Shown here one piece after another: positions 18,142-27,984 of a stretch of DNA of 64,000 bases (position 1 is its first letter; each line of letters begins with the position of its first letter). Source of the stretch: Alphaproteobacteria bacterium (GTDB lineage Bacteria; Pseudomonadota; Alphaproteobacteria; MPNO01; VGEU01); assembly GCA_016869145.1 (NCBI GenBank), contig VGEU01000001.1, positions 49,234-113,233 of the forward strand, written 5' to 3'. The notes beneath the pieces were generated by a model. It was not told the origin of the DNA and made no database searches. It was given only the letters and a program-made list of their open reading frames with translations. The translations under genes and the position numbers were made by a program.

Positions 18142-20286
18142 TCACGCACCGTTGCGATACAATCCCCAGAACGGTTCCTTATAGGATTCGAGGCGCGGTT
18201 CCGGCCAATTGCCGTAATAGGTGAGCACATCCTTGGGCGGCTTGAGCTTCGACCACGACTTGATGAACTGGTCGAAGGTCTTTCCCTTGGTGAGCCGCTC
18301 GTGGCGCGCCTTGGCGCGGCGCTTCATGGTGGCTGCGGGATCGAGAAGGCCGGTCTCGGGGGTGATCGCGACCCGATAGACCTTCTCTGCGACGTCCGTG
18401 GTGATGATGCCGGCATCGAGGTCGGCGAGCACCGCCTCGGGCTCGCGCTCGAGCACGTCGCCGTAGCCGCCGCCGCCGCCGCAGGAGTGGATGAAGATGT
18501 CGGCATCCGTGAACCGCTCGGCGCCCTTGGCGCTCGAGGACAGGATGTACTCGCCCTCGACCGTCCGCTCGGTCAGGAGCTTGTACTGGCCGAGCTCGAT
18601 GTCCTCGCCGGCGGCGATCCGTTCCTGGATGTCCGATTTCTTGAGGACGAAACGCGGGTTGGGCGGCCCGGCATAGCCGCCGAACAGCCCCATATTGTGG
18701 CTCACCTTGTTGCCCTGCCCCCAGGTCGCGACCAGGCAATTGCGATCGACGCAGCCGATCCCGATCTCGACCAGCGGCGTGCCGCCGCGGAACTTGCCGA
18801 AGCCGTGGAAATTGGTATCGAGCTTGCGCGACAGGATGATGTGCGGCATGCGGTCGTCGGCGTCCTCGACCTCGCCCGCGTCGCAGAACGGGCCCCAGTA
18901 AAAGCCGACCGCGTCCTCGGCATCCATGTCGAAGCGTCCGCCGCCGCCGCCGGCATTGACCGTACCCGTCATGTTCGCCGCGTAGTAGCCGCGCCGGTTC
19001 TCGCCGCCGATCGACGGCACCACGTAGTTGCGCGAGTGCGAGGCCTGCACGGCCTCACGATACGGGCTCCCGAACAGCATCTTGGCGCCGGCGATGAAGA
19101 GGTTCTGCGTGATGAAGGCGCAGGCCGACGGCGAGTTGCCGTGCGCGACCTCATCGGTCGCATTCACCATCGACGGCCCTTCGATCAGATAGCGCACCGG
19201 CTCGAGAAGGCCGGCATTCGGCATCAGCCCGCGGAAGAAGTAGGAGAACAGGTAGACGCCCGTCACCGCACGGGCGAGATGCCAGGAGCCGTGGAACGGC
19301 CCGATCGAGTTCTGCGGCGAGGTGCCCTGGACGAGAACGGTGAGCCCGTCGCCCTCCTTGAAGACGGTGAGCGGCACCCGCGTCAGGCCGAGATAGTTGC
19401 CGTGCTCGTCGTTGAACACGACCGAGCGGAAGATGCCGTCGTTGATCTCGCGGAGCCGCCCGCGCGCCGACTGCTCGCCCTTGATCAGGATGCGGCGCAT
19501 GCAGCCGACCACGACCTCGACGCCGCGTCGCTCGACCTCGCGGATGAGCCGCTGGCGCATCTGGAACATGGTGGCGACGCGCGACTTGAGATCGGCAATG
19601 AACACGAACGGGTTGCGCACCGCGCCGCCCATCATGTCGAGGACGTCCTGGTTGAGGCGGAAGTCGGAGCCGATCCGCATCGCCGGGATGTGGAGCCCCT
19701 CCTCGTAGCGGGTCGAAGCCTTGGGCGCGAAGCCGCCCGGCGTCGTCGAGCCGGTCTCGCCCTGGTGGCCGCCGACCTCGGCCCAGGCGATCAGCTCGCC
19801 CTTGTAGAAGATCGGCATCGCCGTGAACATGTCGAAGACATGGATGCCGCCGCCGAGCTCGTCGTTGAAGAAATAGATGTCGCCGTCCTGAAGACCTACC
19901 GTCGGGTTCGGCCGGTAGTACTTGTTGATGTACTTGATCTGGCCGTTGTTGAGGAGCGTGTGGAAGTAGATCCCGGTCGCGACCGCGACGGGATCGCCCG
20001 AGGCGGTGAATATCCCGCAGTTCATGTCGCCGGTGATGATCCCTTCCGAGATCGACAGCGCCATATAGACGTCGCGCCCCTCCTCGACGATCGAGGAGAG
20101 CTTGTGGATCATCAGATCGGCGTCGATCTCGGATACGCGCTCCATGCCGCGGCGCTCGATCTCGGTCACGGGCTCGAGGCCGTGACAGATCAGCTCAGGA
20201 TCGCAGCCGGGCCGCTTGCCGTAGACGTCCATGTCGTAGGTGAGCCCGTCGAAGAGCCGGGCGTTTTGTTCGAACAGCAAGCCCAT
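18142..20286 (-). CDS. Hydantoinase B / oxoprolinase (HyuB) family protein, tandem copy 2
   Basis: 714 aa, paralog of the 15955-18099 gene. No HyuA-type (ATP-binding hydantoinase A) gene is adjacent. Confidence 0.85.
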   Translation of the reverse strand: MGLLFEQNARLFDGLTYDMDVYGKRPGCDPELICHGLEPVTEIERRGMERVSEIDADLMIHKLSSIVEEGRDVYMALSISEGIITGDMNCGIFTASGDPVAVATGIYFHTLLNNGQIKYINKYYRPNPTVGLQDGDIYFFNDELGGGIHVFDMFTAMPIFYKGELIAWAEVGGHQGETGSTTPGGFAPKASTRYEEGLHIPAMRIGSDFRLNQDVLDMMGGAVRNPFVFIADLKSRVATMFQMRQRLIREVERRGVEVVVGCMRRILIKGEQSARGRLREINDGIFRSVVFNDEHGNYLGLTRVPLTVFKEGDGLTVLVQGTSPQNSIGPFHGSWHLARAVTGVYLFSYFFRGLMPNAGLLEPVRYLIEGPSMVNATDEVAHGNSPSACAFITQNLFIAGAKMLFGSPYREAVQASHSRNYVVPSIGGENRRGYYAANMTGTVNAGGGGGRFDMDAEDAVGFYWGPFCDAGEVEDADDRMPHIILSRKLDTNFHGFGKFRGGTPLVEIGIGCVDRNCLVATWGQGNKVSHNMGLFGGYAGPPNPRFVLKKSDIQERIAAGEDIELGQYKLLTERTVEGEYILSSSAKGAERFTDADIFIHSCGGGGGYGDVLEREPEAVLADLDAGIITTDVAEKVYRVAITPETGLLDPAATMKRRAKARHERLTKGKTFDQFIKSWSKLKPPKDVLTYYGNWPEPRLESYKEPFWGLYRNGA

Positions 20287-20342
20287 TGATCGTCCTCCCG
20301 CGCCGGCAGGCTACAGGCCGCCGGCCCACGACGCAAACGCCC

Positions 20343-21248
20343 TCACGCCCGCGCCGCCCGACCGGAGAGGATCACCAGCACGATACCGGCGATGATGGTC
20401 GCCATGCCGGCGATGAGGTTCACCGACACCGGCTCGCCGAGCGCGACGATCCCGATGAGCATGGCGAGCACAGGCGCGGCAAGATAGCCGATCGAGGCGG
20501 TGATCGGCGACAGGTTGCGCGAGGCGACATTGACCGCCCAGATGCCGAGCCCCGTGCACACGGGGCCGGCGATCGTGATCAGACCCAGCATCTCGGTCGT
20601 CCAGGTCATGCCGCGGTCGCCGTCGAAGATGAAGGCCGCGCCATTGGTGACGATGATCGCGCAGATGAGCTGCCACGGGACGAGCTGGAGGGGCGTCAGG
20701 TTCCACTTGTGGACCCGAAGCTGGATCATCGCGATCGCCCAGCAGATCGCGCAGACGAGGAGGAGCGCGTTCCCGATCACGACGTTCCGGTCCGACCAGT
20801 CGAAGTCGAGCGGGTTGAACAGGATGACGAGCCCGACCATGCCGAGCGCGAGACCGGCCGCCTTCATCCGGTCGAGACGCTCGCCGAGGACGAAGATCGC
20901 GATCGGCGTGACCCAGAGCGTGGTCGTGTAGCCGAGGAGCGTCGCCCGCCCCGCCCCGACATATTGGAGACCCAGCATGCAGAGGCATAGATAGATCCCG
21001 AGCATGAACACGCCGACCGAGATGATCGCCGGCGCGTCCTGCCAGCGCGGCCAACGGAGCTGACCGATCGCCGCGAGCACGATGAAGAGAGCGGCGAAAC
21101 CGGTCGTCATCCGCCACGCGCCGAACCAGAGGGCGGGCGCGGTCACCGCCCCGACCCGCATGAGCGGCCACAGGATCGCATAGTTGAGTACGCTGATGAC
21201 GAGGCAAATCCAGCCCATCCGCGTCGCAGACTGGAGGGAGCGGTCCAT
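20343..21248 (-). CDS. DMT superfamily (EamA-like) transporter
   Basis: 301 aa with 10 predicted TM helices and two EamA-like halves. The start could instead be at the internal MGWICLV. Confidence 0.75.
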   Translation of the reverse strand: MDRSLQSATRMGWICLVISVLNYAILWPLMRVGAVTAPALWFGAWRMTTGFAALFIVLAAIGQLRWPRWQDAPAIISVGVFMLGIYLCLCMLGLQYVGAGRATLLGYTTTLWVTPIAIFVLGERLDRMKAAGLALGMVGLVILFNPLDFDWSDRNVVIGNALLLVCAICWAIAMIQLRVHKWNLTPLQLVPWQLICAIIVTNGAAFIFDGDRGMTWTTEMLGLITIAGPVCTGLGIWAVNVASRNLSPITASIGYLAAPVLAMLIGIVALGEPVSVNLIAGMATIIAGIVLVILSGRAARA

Positions 21249-21275
21249 GCCGGCACGCAGCGCTCGACGGCGGTC

Positions 21276-22043
21276 TCAGCCGTGCATCGTGAGGCCGCCC
21301 GAGACGCTGATGACCTGGCCGGTGATGAACCCCGCGTCCCGGCTGACCAGAAACGCGACGATGCCCTCGATGTCCTCGGGTTGGCCGACACGCTTCATCG
21401 GGATCGCGCGCTGCAGCGCGTCATAGACCTTCTTGCCCTGCTCGCCCTCGCCGACGAAGGAGCGGAGGATGGGCGTATCGGTCGGCCCCGGACAGACGCA
21501 GTTGACCGTGATGCTCCGCGTCGCCATCTCGCGCGCCAGCGTCTTCGTGAAGGCGATCATGCCGCCCTTGCAGGCGGAATAGACGGATTCTCCCGACGAG
21601 CCGACCCGGCCGGCGTCGGAGGCGATCGAGACGATCGCGCCGCGACCGCGCTCGGCCATCCGTTTCACCACGTGGTGGGTGACGTTGAGCGGCCCGCCCA
21701 GGTTGATCCCGATCACCTTGTCCCAGAACGCGGGATCGCTGTCGACGAAGTTGAGGAAGCGGTCCCAGCCGGCATTGTTGACCAGGATGTCGACCGGCCC
21801 GGCCGCGGCCTCAACGGCCGCGACCGCTGCGCCGACCGCGGCGTAGTCGGTGATGTCGACGGTCCGCGCGACGGCACGACCGCCCGTGCTTCCGATCAGC
21901 CGCGCCGTCTCGGCGGCGGCCGCTTCATCGATGTCGAGCACGGCGACCACCGCGCCCTCGCGCGCCAGACGCCGACAGATCGCCCGCCCGATCGCGCCGC
22001 CGCCGCCGGTGACGATCGCAACCTTGCCCGCAAGCCCTTCCAT
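21276..22043 (-). CDS. SDR family NAD(P)-dependent oxidoreductase
   Basis: 255 aa with TGGGGAIG Rossmann motif, NNAG and the YxxxK active site (YSACK). Confidence 0.85.
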   Translation of the reverse strand: MEGLAGKVAIVTGGGGAIGRAICRRLAREGAVVAVLDIDEAAAAETARLIGSTGGRAVARTVDITDYAAVGAAVAAVEAAAGPVDILVNNAGWDRFLNFVDSDPAFWDKVIGINLGGPLNVTHHVVKRMAERGRGAIVSIASDAGRVGSSGESVYSACKGGMIAFTKTLAREMATRSITVNCVCPGPTDTPILRSFVGEGEQGKKVYDALQRAIPMKRVGQPEDIEGIVAFLVSRDAGFITGQVISVSGGLTMHG

Positions 22044-22136
22044 GGTCCCCTTCCCTCGATTGACGCGGCGTACTCTCTACGCGGCGGCGCCCGAGAGCAA
22101 GCTTGACCCGGGCCGGCCCGGTTCCGACAATCCGGC

Positions 22137-23759
22137 ATGACCGCCGCACCCGTCACGACGACGGCCTGGCCGCCGGCCACGGAGCCGTTCCTCCCCTTCG
22201 AGTCCGTCCGCGCCCTCCTCCGGAAGTACCGCGACCGGCACCCGGCAAAGCTCGCGCTCTACTCCCTCGACGAGGAGCGCGGCATCGACTTCGCGACGCT
22301 CGATGCGCTCACCGAACGCGTGGTGTGCTTTCTCCACGCCGAGGGCATCGGCCGCGGCGACCGTGTGGTGGTTCTCGCCGACGAGCGGATCGAGAAGCTC
22401 GTCCTGATGATCGCGGCGTGGCGGCTCGGCGCCGTCGCCTGCCCGTTCCACACCGAGATCAACCTCGATCATCTCCGCTTCATCCTGACCACGATCGCGC
22501 CGAAGATCGTGTTCTGGCACGAGAGCGTCGACGGGCCGTCGCTCGCCGGCCATCTCCGTGTGCCGGTGGTCCGTTTCGACCGTTGGCCGGCCGCCGGCGC
22601 CGACGCGGCCGAGCTGTTCACCCGCCTCGCCCGCGAGCCAGCCGGCGCCGCCCCCGACGTCGAGAACGGGCCCGACGACATCGCCTGCATCTTCTCGACC
22701 TCGGGCACCACCGACAAGCCGAAATGCGTCGTCTGGGACCATCTCGCGCTCTGGCTCACCACGCTCAACACGATCGACTTCACCGGCCAGAACGCCGATG
22801 ACCGGATGCTCGAGTACCGAACGTTCTCGTGGCTGTCACCGCAGATCATCTCGCTGTCGCCGTTCGTGATGCTGGGCTTCTCGCTCTATCTCGCGAACGG
22901 CTTCTCGCGGAGCCGGTTCTTCGACTGGATCCGGAACCACCGGATCACCGTCGTCGCCGGCGTGCCGACCGTGATCAACATGCTGCTCAACCGCCCGGTC
23001 GAGATCGGCTCGAACGAGCTCGAGAGCGTCCGCATCATGACGTCGTCGACGGCGCCGCTCTCGCCCGAGCAATGGCAGCGCTTCGAGACGATGTACGGCA
23101 TCCGCCTCCTGCAATTCTTCGGCGCCTCCGAGGTCGGCTGGTTCACCGGCAATCGTCACTACAATTGGAAGTTCGGCACCGTCGGCCAGCCGGCGATGTA
23201 CACCGATTTTGCGATCCTCGACGACGCGGGCAATGTCGTGCCGCCCAGTGTCGAGGGCGAGGTCGGCTTTCGCGGCCGTTGCACGGCGAACGCCTCGATC
23301 TCGCCCGACGGGGCCTGGGAGGACCGCGTGCCGACGCGCGAGACCGAGTATTCGCGCGCGGGCGATCTCGCGGTGATGGACGCGGAGGGTTTCATCACCG
23401 TCACCGGCCGGACCAAGGACCTGATCATCCGCGGCGGGGTCAACATCGCGCCGCTCGAGATCGACCGCGTGCTGATGCGCCATCCGCAGATCCAGGAGGC
23501 AGCCGCCGTCGGTGTGCCCGATCCGATCTTCGGCGAGGAGGTCGTCGCCTATGTCGTGGCGCGCGCCGCGCTCACGACGGAGACGGTGAAGGCCCATTGC
23601 GCGACGAGCCTCCCGGCCTCCAAGGTGCCGAAGGAGGTCCACTTCGTCGACAGCCTGCCGCGCTCGGACCGCGGCAAGATCCGACGGGCCGCGCTCAAGG
23701 ATCACTGGCTCGCCGCGCGCCAGGGCATCAGCAACCCTGACAAGGAGACCCTACGATGA
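22137..23759 (+). CDS. AMP-dependent synthetase/ligase (acyl-CoA or aryl-CoA ligase, class I adenylate-forming)
   Basis: 540 aa with the STSGTTDKPK AMP-binding motif, plus GEVGFRGRC and a C-terminal PRSDRGKIRR. Confidence 0.85.
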   Translation: MTAAPVTTTAWPPATEPFLPFESVRALLRKYRDRHPAKLALYSLDEERGIDFATLDALTERVVCFLHAEGIGRGDRVVVLADERIEKLVLMIAAWRLGAVACPFHTEINLDHLRFILTTIAPKIVFWHESVDGPSLAGHLRVPVVRFDRWPAAGADAAELFTRLAREPAGAAPDVENGPDDIACIFSTSGTTDKPKCVVWDHLALWLTTLNTIDFTGQNADDRMLEYRTFSWLSPQIISLSPFVMLGFSLYLANGFSRSRFFDWIRNHRITVVAGVPTVINMLLNRPVEIGSNELESVRIMTSSTAPLSPEQWQRFETMYGIRLLQFFGASEVGWFTGNRHYNWKFGTVGQPAMYTDFAILDDAGNVVPPSVEGEVGFRGRCTANASISPDGAWEDRVPTRETEYSRAGDLAVMDAEGFITVTGRTKDLIIRGGVNIAPLEIDRVLMRHPQIQEAAAVGVPDPIFGEEVVAYVVARAALTTETVKAHCATSLPASKVPKEVHFVDSLPRSDRGKIRRAALKDHWLAARQGISNPDKETLR

Positions 23760-24496
23760 CCACCCAGACCGTCCTCGTCACCGGCGGCGCGAGCGGCATC
23801 GGCCTCGCAAGCGTCGGCCTCCTCAATGCCGCGGGCCACAACGTCGTCGCCTGCGACATCCAGGCCGACAAGCTCGCGCGCGACGTGCCGAAGGATCCGA
23901 AGATCGCGACCGTCGCCGGCGACGTGACGCGGAAGGCCGACTGCGACAAGGCGGTCGCCGTCGCGCTCGAGAAGTTCGGCCGCCTTGATGCGCTCCTCCA
24001 CTGGGCCGGCATCCACGATGGCGGCACGCTAGAGGACATGAGCGAGGCCGAGTGGGACCGCGTCATGGCGATCAACGTCAAGGCCGCGTTCCTGATCGCC
24101 CAGGCTGCCGCGCGCCCGATGGTACGCCAGGGCGCCGGTGCGATCGTGCTCACGAGCTCGACCTCGGTCCTGTTCGGCGGCGCCGGCGGCGAGGGCCAGG
24201 TCGGGCCGGCCTATGTCGCATCCAAGGCGGCCATCATCGGGCTCACCCGCTCGCTCGCCCGCGGCCTCGGGCCGAAAGGCGTGCGGGTCAATGCCGTCAG
24301 CCCCGGGATCACCGAGACGCCCATGATCGGCGTGTTCTCGGACAATTTGCGCCGCGAGGCGGTAAAGCGCTTCCCGCTCGGGCGTTTCGGCCGCGCCGAG
24401 GAGATCGCGGCCGTCGGCTGCTTCCTGATCTCGGACGGCGCGAGCTTCATGACCGGCGAGGTCGTCCACGTCAATGGCGGGTCCAATTTCGGCTGA
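23756..24496 (+). CDS. SDR family oxidoreductase
   Basis: 246 aa with TGGASGIG and YVASK motifs. It overlaps the ligase stop by 4 nt, indicating translational coupling. Confidence 0.85.
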   Translation: MTTQTVLVTGGASGIGLASVGLLNAAGHNVVACDIQADKLARDVPKDPKIATVAGDVTRKADCDKAVAVALEKFGRLDALLHWAGIHDGGTLEDMSEAEWDRVMAINVKAAFLIAQAAARPMVRQGAGAIVLTSSTSVLFGGAGGEGQVGPAYVASKAAIIGLTRSLARGLGPKGVRVNAVSPGITETPMIGVFSDNLRREAVKRFPLGRFGRAEEIAAVGCFLISDGASFMTGEVVHVNGGSNFG

Positions 24497-24594
24497 CGCC
24501 CGCCCTTGGCACGCTATAGTGCCGATAGCGCACAGCACACGCCGGGCCGGGCACACGCGGGGCCTGGCACACGCGACGAATGAGGGAGGCCAGA

Positions 24595-25299
24595 ATGCAC
24601 AAGTTCGAGATGCCCAAGGACTATGTCCAGCGCGTGATCGACCGCCAGGGTCGCGCCCACACGGTCGAGAGCTTCGACACCAAGCGCACCGCCCTCGTCG
24701 TCGTCGACATGCAGATCTATTTCATGCGCGAGGACCAGCTCGGTGCCAACCCGATAGCGCAGGAGATCGTGCCCAACGTCAACCGCCTCGCCGATGCGGT
24801 GCGGCGGTCGGGCGGCATCGTGATCTGGATCCAGAACCTCGCGCCCTATGAATCCCTCGAAAGCTGGGATGTGCTCCGCGAGCGCTTCACCGACGACAAG
24901 ATCGACCGCCGCTGGGCGGCGATGCAGCGCGATGCGGAGCCGTTCCAGCTATGGCCCGGCCTCGACGTGCGGCCCGAGGACAAGCGCGTCGTCAAGCGCC
25001 GCTTCAGCGCCTTCATCCAGGGCTCGTCCGACATCGAGAACGTGCTCCGCGACGCCAATATCAAGACCATCATCGTCACCGGCGTCGCGACCAATGTGTG
25101 CTGCGAGTCGACCGCGCGCGACGCGATGATGCTCAACTACCGCTCGATGATGGTCTCCGACGGCTGCGCCACGGCGACCGACGAGGAGCACCACGCCTCG
25201 CTCTCCAATTTCTACATCCAGTTCGGCGACGTGCAGACGACCGACGAGATCATCGCCCGCCTCGATGCCTCGGCGCGGCGCAACCAGGCGGCCGAGTAG
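24595..25299 (+). CDS. Isochorismatase-family cysteine hydrolase
   Basis: Start at MHKFEM. ALVVVDMQIYF (Asp) ... K ... VTGVATNVCCEST (the catalytic Cys region) matches the isochorismatase or N-carbamoylsarcosine amidase family. Confidence 0.8.
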   Translation: MHKFEMPKDYVQRVIDRQGRAHTVESFDTKRTALVVVDMQIYFMREDQLGANPIAQEIVPNVNRLADAVRRSGGIVIWIQNLAPYESLESWDVLRERFTDDKIDRRWAAMQRDAEPFQLWPGLDVRPEDKRVVKRRFSAFIQGSSDIENVLRDANIKTIIVTGVATNVCCESTARDAMMLNYRSMMVSDGCATATDEEHHASLSNFYIQFGDVQTTDEIIARLDASARRNQAAE

Positions 25300-25327
25300 G
25301 CTGGCCGCGACGACACGGAGAACGACG

Positions 25328-25720
25328 ATGGGCAAGCGCGCACTGAAGCCGTCCTCCGTTCGGGCGAAGGGGAGCTACAGCCCCGGCTGGGAGGTCTCGA
25401 ACGGCCGCCTCATCTTCGTCGCCGGCCAGATCCCGTGGGACGAAGAGGGCCGTGTCGTCGCCAAGGGCGACGTCGCGGGCCAGACCCGGCAGGTGTTCAA
25501 AAACATCGCCGCCGTCCTCGCCGAGGCCGGCGCGACGCTCGACGACGTGATCAAGATCACCGTCTTCGCCGCCGACATCCGGTTTCGCGACCAGATCAAC
25601 CAGGTTCGGACCGAGACCTTCAAGGCCCCCTACCCGGCGAGCACCCAGGTGGCGGTCGCGGCGCTGGTCGATTCCGAGTGGATGGTCGAGATCGAGGCGA
25701 TCGCGTTCGTGCCGAACTGA
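25328..25720 (+). CDS. RidA/YjgF family protein (reactive-intermediate deaminase)
   Basis: 130 aa from MGKRALKP. GQIPWDEEGRVVAKGDVAGQTRQVFKNI and the C-terminal VEIEAIAF are typical of RidA. Confidence 0.8.
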   Translation: MGKRALKPSSVRAKGSYSPGWEVSNGRLIFVAGQIPWDEEGRVVAKGDVAGQTRQVFKNIAAVLAEAGATLDDVIKITVFAADIRFRDQINQVRTETFKAPYPASTQVAVAALVDSEWMVEIEAIAFVPN

Positions 25721-25767
25721 CGCGCCGACGCGGACGGCGACACCAGGGGACCAGTGGAGAGGGCGTA

Positions 25768-26967
25768 GTGGCCACCAAGCTCGTCATCAGGAACGTCCGG
25801 ACCATGCTCTCGGGCCGGATGGAAAAACCGATCCTCGATGCCGATACGATCGTCGCCGTCGACGGCAAGATCGCAGCGATCGGGCGTGAGAAGGACGTCG
25901 ATACCGGCCATGCGACGACGGTCATCGACGCCAAGGGCTCGTCAATCGCGCCGGGGCTGATCGACAGCCACGTGCACCCGGTCGCCGGCGACTGGACACC
26001 GCGCCAGCGCCAGGTGGACTGGATCGAATCCTCGATGAACGGCGGCGTGACGACGATGATCTCGGCGGGCGAGGCGCATTTCCCCGGCCGCGCCCGCGAC
26101 CCGGTCGGCGTCAAGGCGCTCGCCATCACCGCGCAGCGCTCGTTCGATGCCTTCCGGCCGGGCGGCGTCAAGGTCCTGGCCGGCGCGCCGATCCTCGAGA
26201 AGGGTCTCGTCGAGGAGGACTTCGCCGAGATGGCGAAGGCCGGCGTCAAGCTCCTCGGCGAGGTCGGGCTCGGGGGCGTGAAGTCCGGCGACGAGGCCAA
26301 GAAGATGGTCGCCTGGGCGCGAAAATACGGCATCCAGAGCACCATCCACACCGGCGGGCCCTCGATCCCGGGCTCCGGCCTGATCGACAAGGACGTCGTG
26401 CTCGAGGCCGACGCCGATGTGATCGGCCACATCAACGGTGGTCACACCGCGTTGCCGCTGCCGCAGATCTGCGCGCTCTGCGAGCTCTCAGCGCGCGGCA
26501 TCGAGATCGTCCACAACGGCAACGAGCGCGCCGGGCTCTACGCGCTCCGGATCGCGCGCGAGCTCCGCCAGATGAACCGCGTGATCCTCGGCACCGACGG
26601 GCCGGCCGGATCGGGCGTGCAGCCGCTCGGCATCATCCGGCTGATCGCGCTCCTCTCCGCGCTCGGCGACGTGCCGGCCGAGATCGCGTTCTGCTTCGCG
26701 ACCGGCAACACAGCGCGGATGCGCAATCTCGACCAGGGGATTCTCGAGGTCGGCCGCCCGGCCGATTTCGTCTTCATCGATAAGGCGCAGCATTCGGCCG
26801 GCCGCGATCTCCTCGACTCGGTCCAGCTCGGCGACATCCCGGGCGTCGGCATGGTGGTGATCGACGGGATCGTCCGCTGCGCGCGGAGCCGGAACACACC
26901 GCCCGCCGAGAACGCGCCCGAGATCGTCTCGGGCGGCAGCGGCGGCGGCGGCGGCGGCGGCCACTGA
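25768..26967 (+). CDS. Metal-dependent amidohydrolase (enamidase-like, dihydroorotase/imidazolonepropionase superfamily)
   Basis: GTG start with RBS GGAGAGGG. The protein begins VATKLVIRNVRTML; GLIDSHVHP (HxH) and downstream His/Asp motifs match the amidohydrolase family. It has an unusual C-terminal SGGSGGGGGGGH tail. Confidence 0.7.
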   Translation: MATKLVIRNVRTMLSGRMEKPILDADTIVAVDGKIAAIGREKDVDTGHATTVIDAKGSSIAPGLIDSHVHPVAGDWTPRQRQVDWIESSMNGGVTTMISAGEAHFPGRARDPVGVKALAITAQRSFDAFRPGGVKVLAGAPILEKGLVEEDFAEMAKAGVKLLGEVGLGGVKSGDEAKKMVAWARKYGIQSTIHTGGPSIPGSGLIDKDVVLEADADVIGHINGGHTALPLPQICALCELSARGIEIVHNGNERAGLYALRIARELRQMNRVILGTDGPAGSGVQPLGIIRLIALLSALGDVPAEIAFCFATGNTARMRNLDQGILEVGRPADFVFIDKAQHSAGRDLLDSVQLGDIPGVGMVVIDGIVRCARSRNTPPAENAPEIVSGGSGGGGGGGH

Positions 26968-27021
26968 GCGGAACGCAGGCAGCGTCGCGCTGACGCGGTC
27001 CGCGATCAGCCGAAACGACAA

Positions 27022-27050
27022 AGGGCGGGCCGTGGCCCGCCCTTCGCCTT
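27022..27050. terminator. Bidirectional GC hairpin (AAGGGCGGGCC-gtg-GGCCCGCCCTT) between convergent genes
   Basis: Perfect 11-bp inverted repeat flanked by A/T runs (aaa ... ttcgcctt; on the minus strand it is followed by tttgtcgttt). Confidence 0.6.
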
Positions 27051-27064
27051 CGTCTCGAGGACGT

Positions 27065-27880
27065 TCAGCTCCAGAACGCCGGCACGAAATCGTAGCCCGA
27101 CGCGGTCTTGCTGATGAAGCCCGTCGCCGGGAAGATCGCGTGATAGAACGAGACCTGAATGCGGTCCGCCGCCGCCATGTCGAGGAGGCGCTTGCGGGTC
27201 GCGATCGCCTGGTCGCCGTCCATGTCGAACATCAGGCGCCACTCCGGGTTGCGGGCGAAGAGGAGCGGATTGTTCGTGGTGTCGGCGACGTAGAGGAGGC
27301 GCGCATTGCCGGAGGCGATCGTGATCGCGGTGTGGCCCGGCGTGTGGCCCTTGGCATCGACTGCGGTGATGCCGGGGACGAGCTCCTTGCCCCACTCGTA
27401 CTGCTTGACGTCCTTCGCCATCGGGGCGAACACGCGGCGGATGACGTTGAAGAGGGGCTTCATCGCGTCCGGCGCCGCGCTCATGCGCGCATCATCCATC
27501 CAGAACGCCCACTCCGCCGCCGGCACCATGATCTCGGCATTGGGATAGACCGCCGCGCCTTCCTTGGTGCGGAGCCCGTTGATGTGGTCGGGATGAAAGT
27601 GGCTGATGACCACGGTATTGATCGCGTTCGGATCGATGCCGGCCGCGCGCATGTTGGCGACGAGGTTGCCCGTTGTCGGTGCGCCGTTGTTCGAGAAGCC
27701 GCTGTCGATGAGAACGAGGCGCGAGCCATTGTTGACGACGAGCGGGGTGAAGGTATTGGACCACTGGTCGGTCGGCATGAAGATCGCGCCGAGCGCCTCC
27801 TGGAAGTCCTCCTTCGACACGTTGCGGACGAAACCGTCCGGGATCGGCCCGCGCGTCGTGCCGTCGTGGAGCTGGGTCAC
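27065..27880 (-). CDS. MBL-fold metallo-hydrolase (lactonase-like), tandem copy 1, lacking a signal peptide
   Basis: 271 aa from GTG, with the HFHPDH (HxHxDH) motif and downstream His ligands. No start codon lies upstream within the in-frame remnant of a signal-peptide-like region (AAPPATPAAAQPSQPGFFRFKLGDFQ). Confidence 0.75.
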   Translation of the reverse strand: MTQLHDGTTRGPIPDGFVRNVSKEDFQEALGAIFMPTDQWSNTFTPLVVNNGSRLVLIDSGFSNNGAPTTGNLVANMRAAGIDPNAINTVVISHFHPDHINGLRTKEGAAVYPNAEIMVPAAEWAFWMDDARMSAAPDAMKPLFNVIRRVFAPMAKDVKQYEWGKELVPGITAVDAKGHTPGHTAITIASGNARLLYVADTTNNPLLFARNPEWRLMFDMDGDQAIATRKRLLDMAAADRIQVSFYHAIFPATGFISKTASGYDFVPAFWS

Positions 27881-27984
27881 CTGGAAATCGCCGAGCTTGA
27901 AGCGGAAGAAGCCCGGCTGGCTCGGCTGGGCGGCGGCCGGCGTGGCCGGCGGCGCGGCAACCCGCCCCGCCGCCCGTTGTGGTC

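Noticed and set aside
16555-20289. 1244-aa plus-strand ORF, the longest in the window
   Set aside because: Antisense to the two HyuB-like genes. Its composition is Asp/Arg/Ala/Gly-rich, typical of spurious antisense ORFs in high-GC DNA, and it has no recognisable domains.
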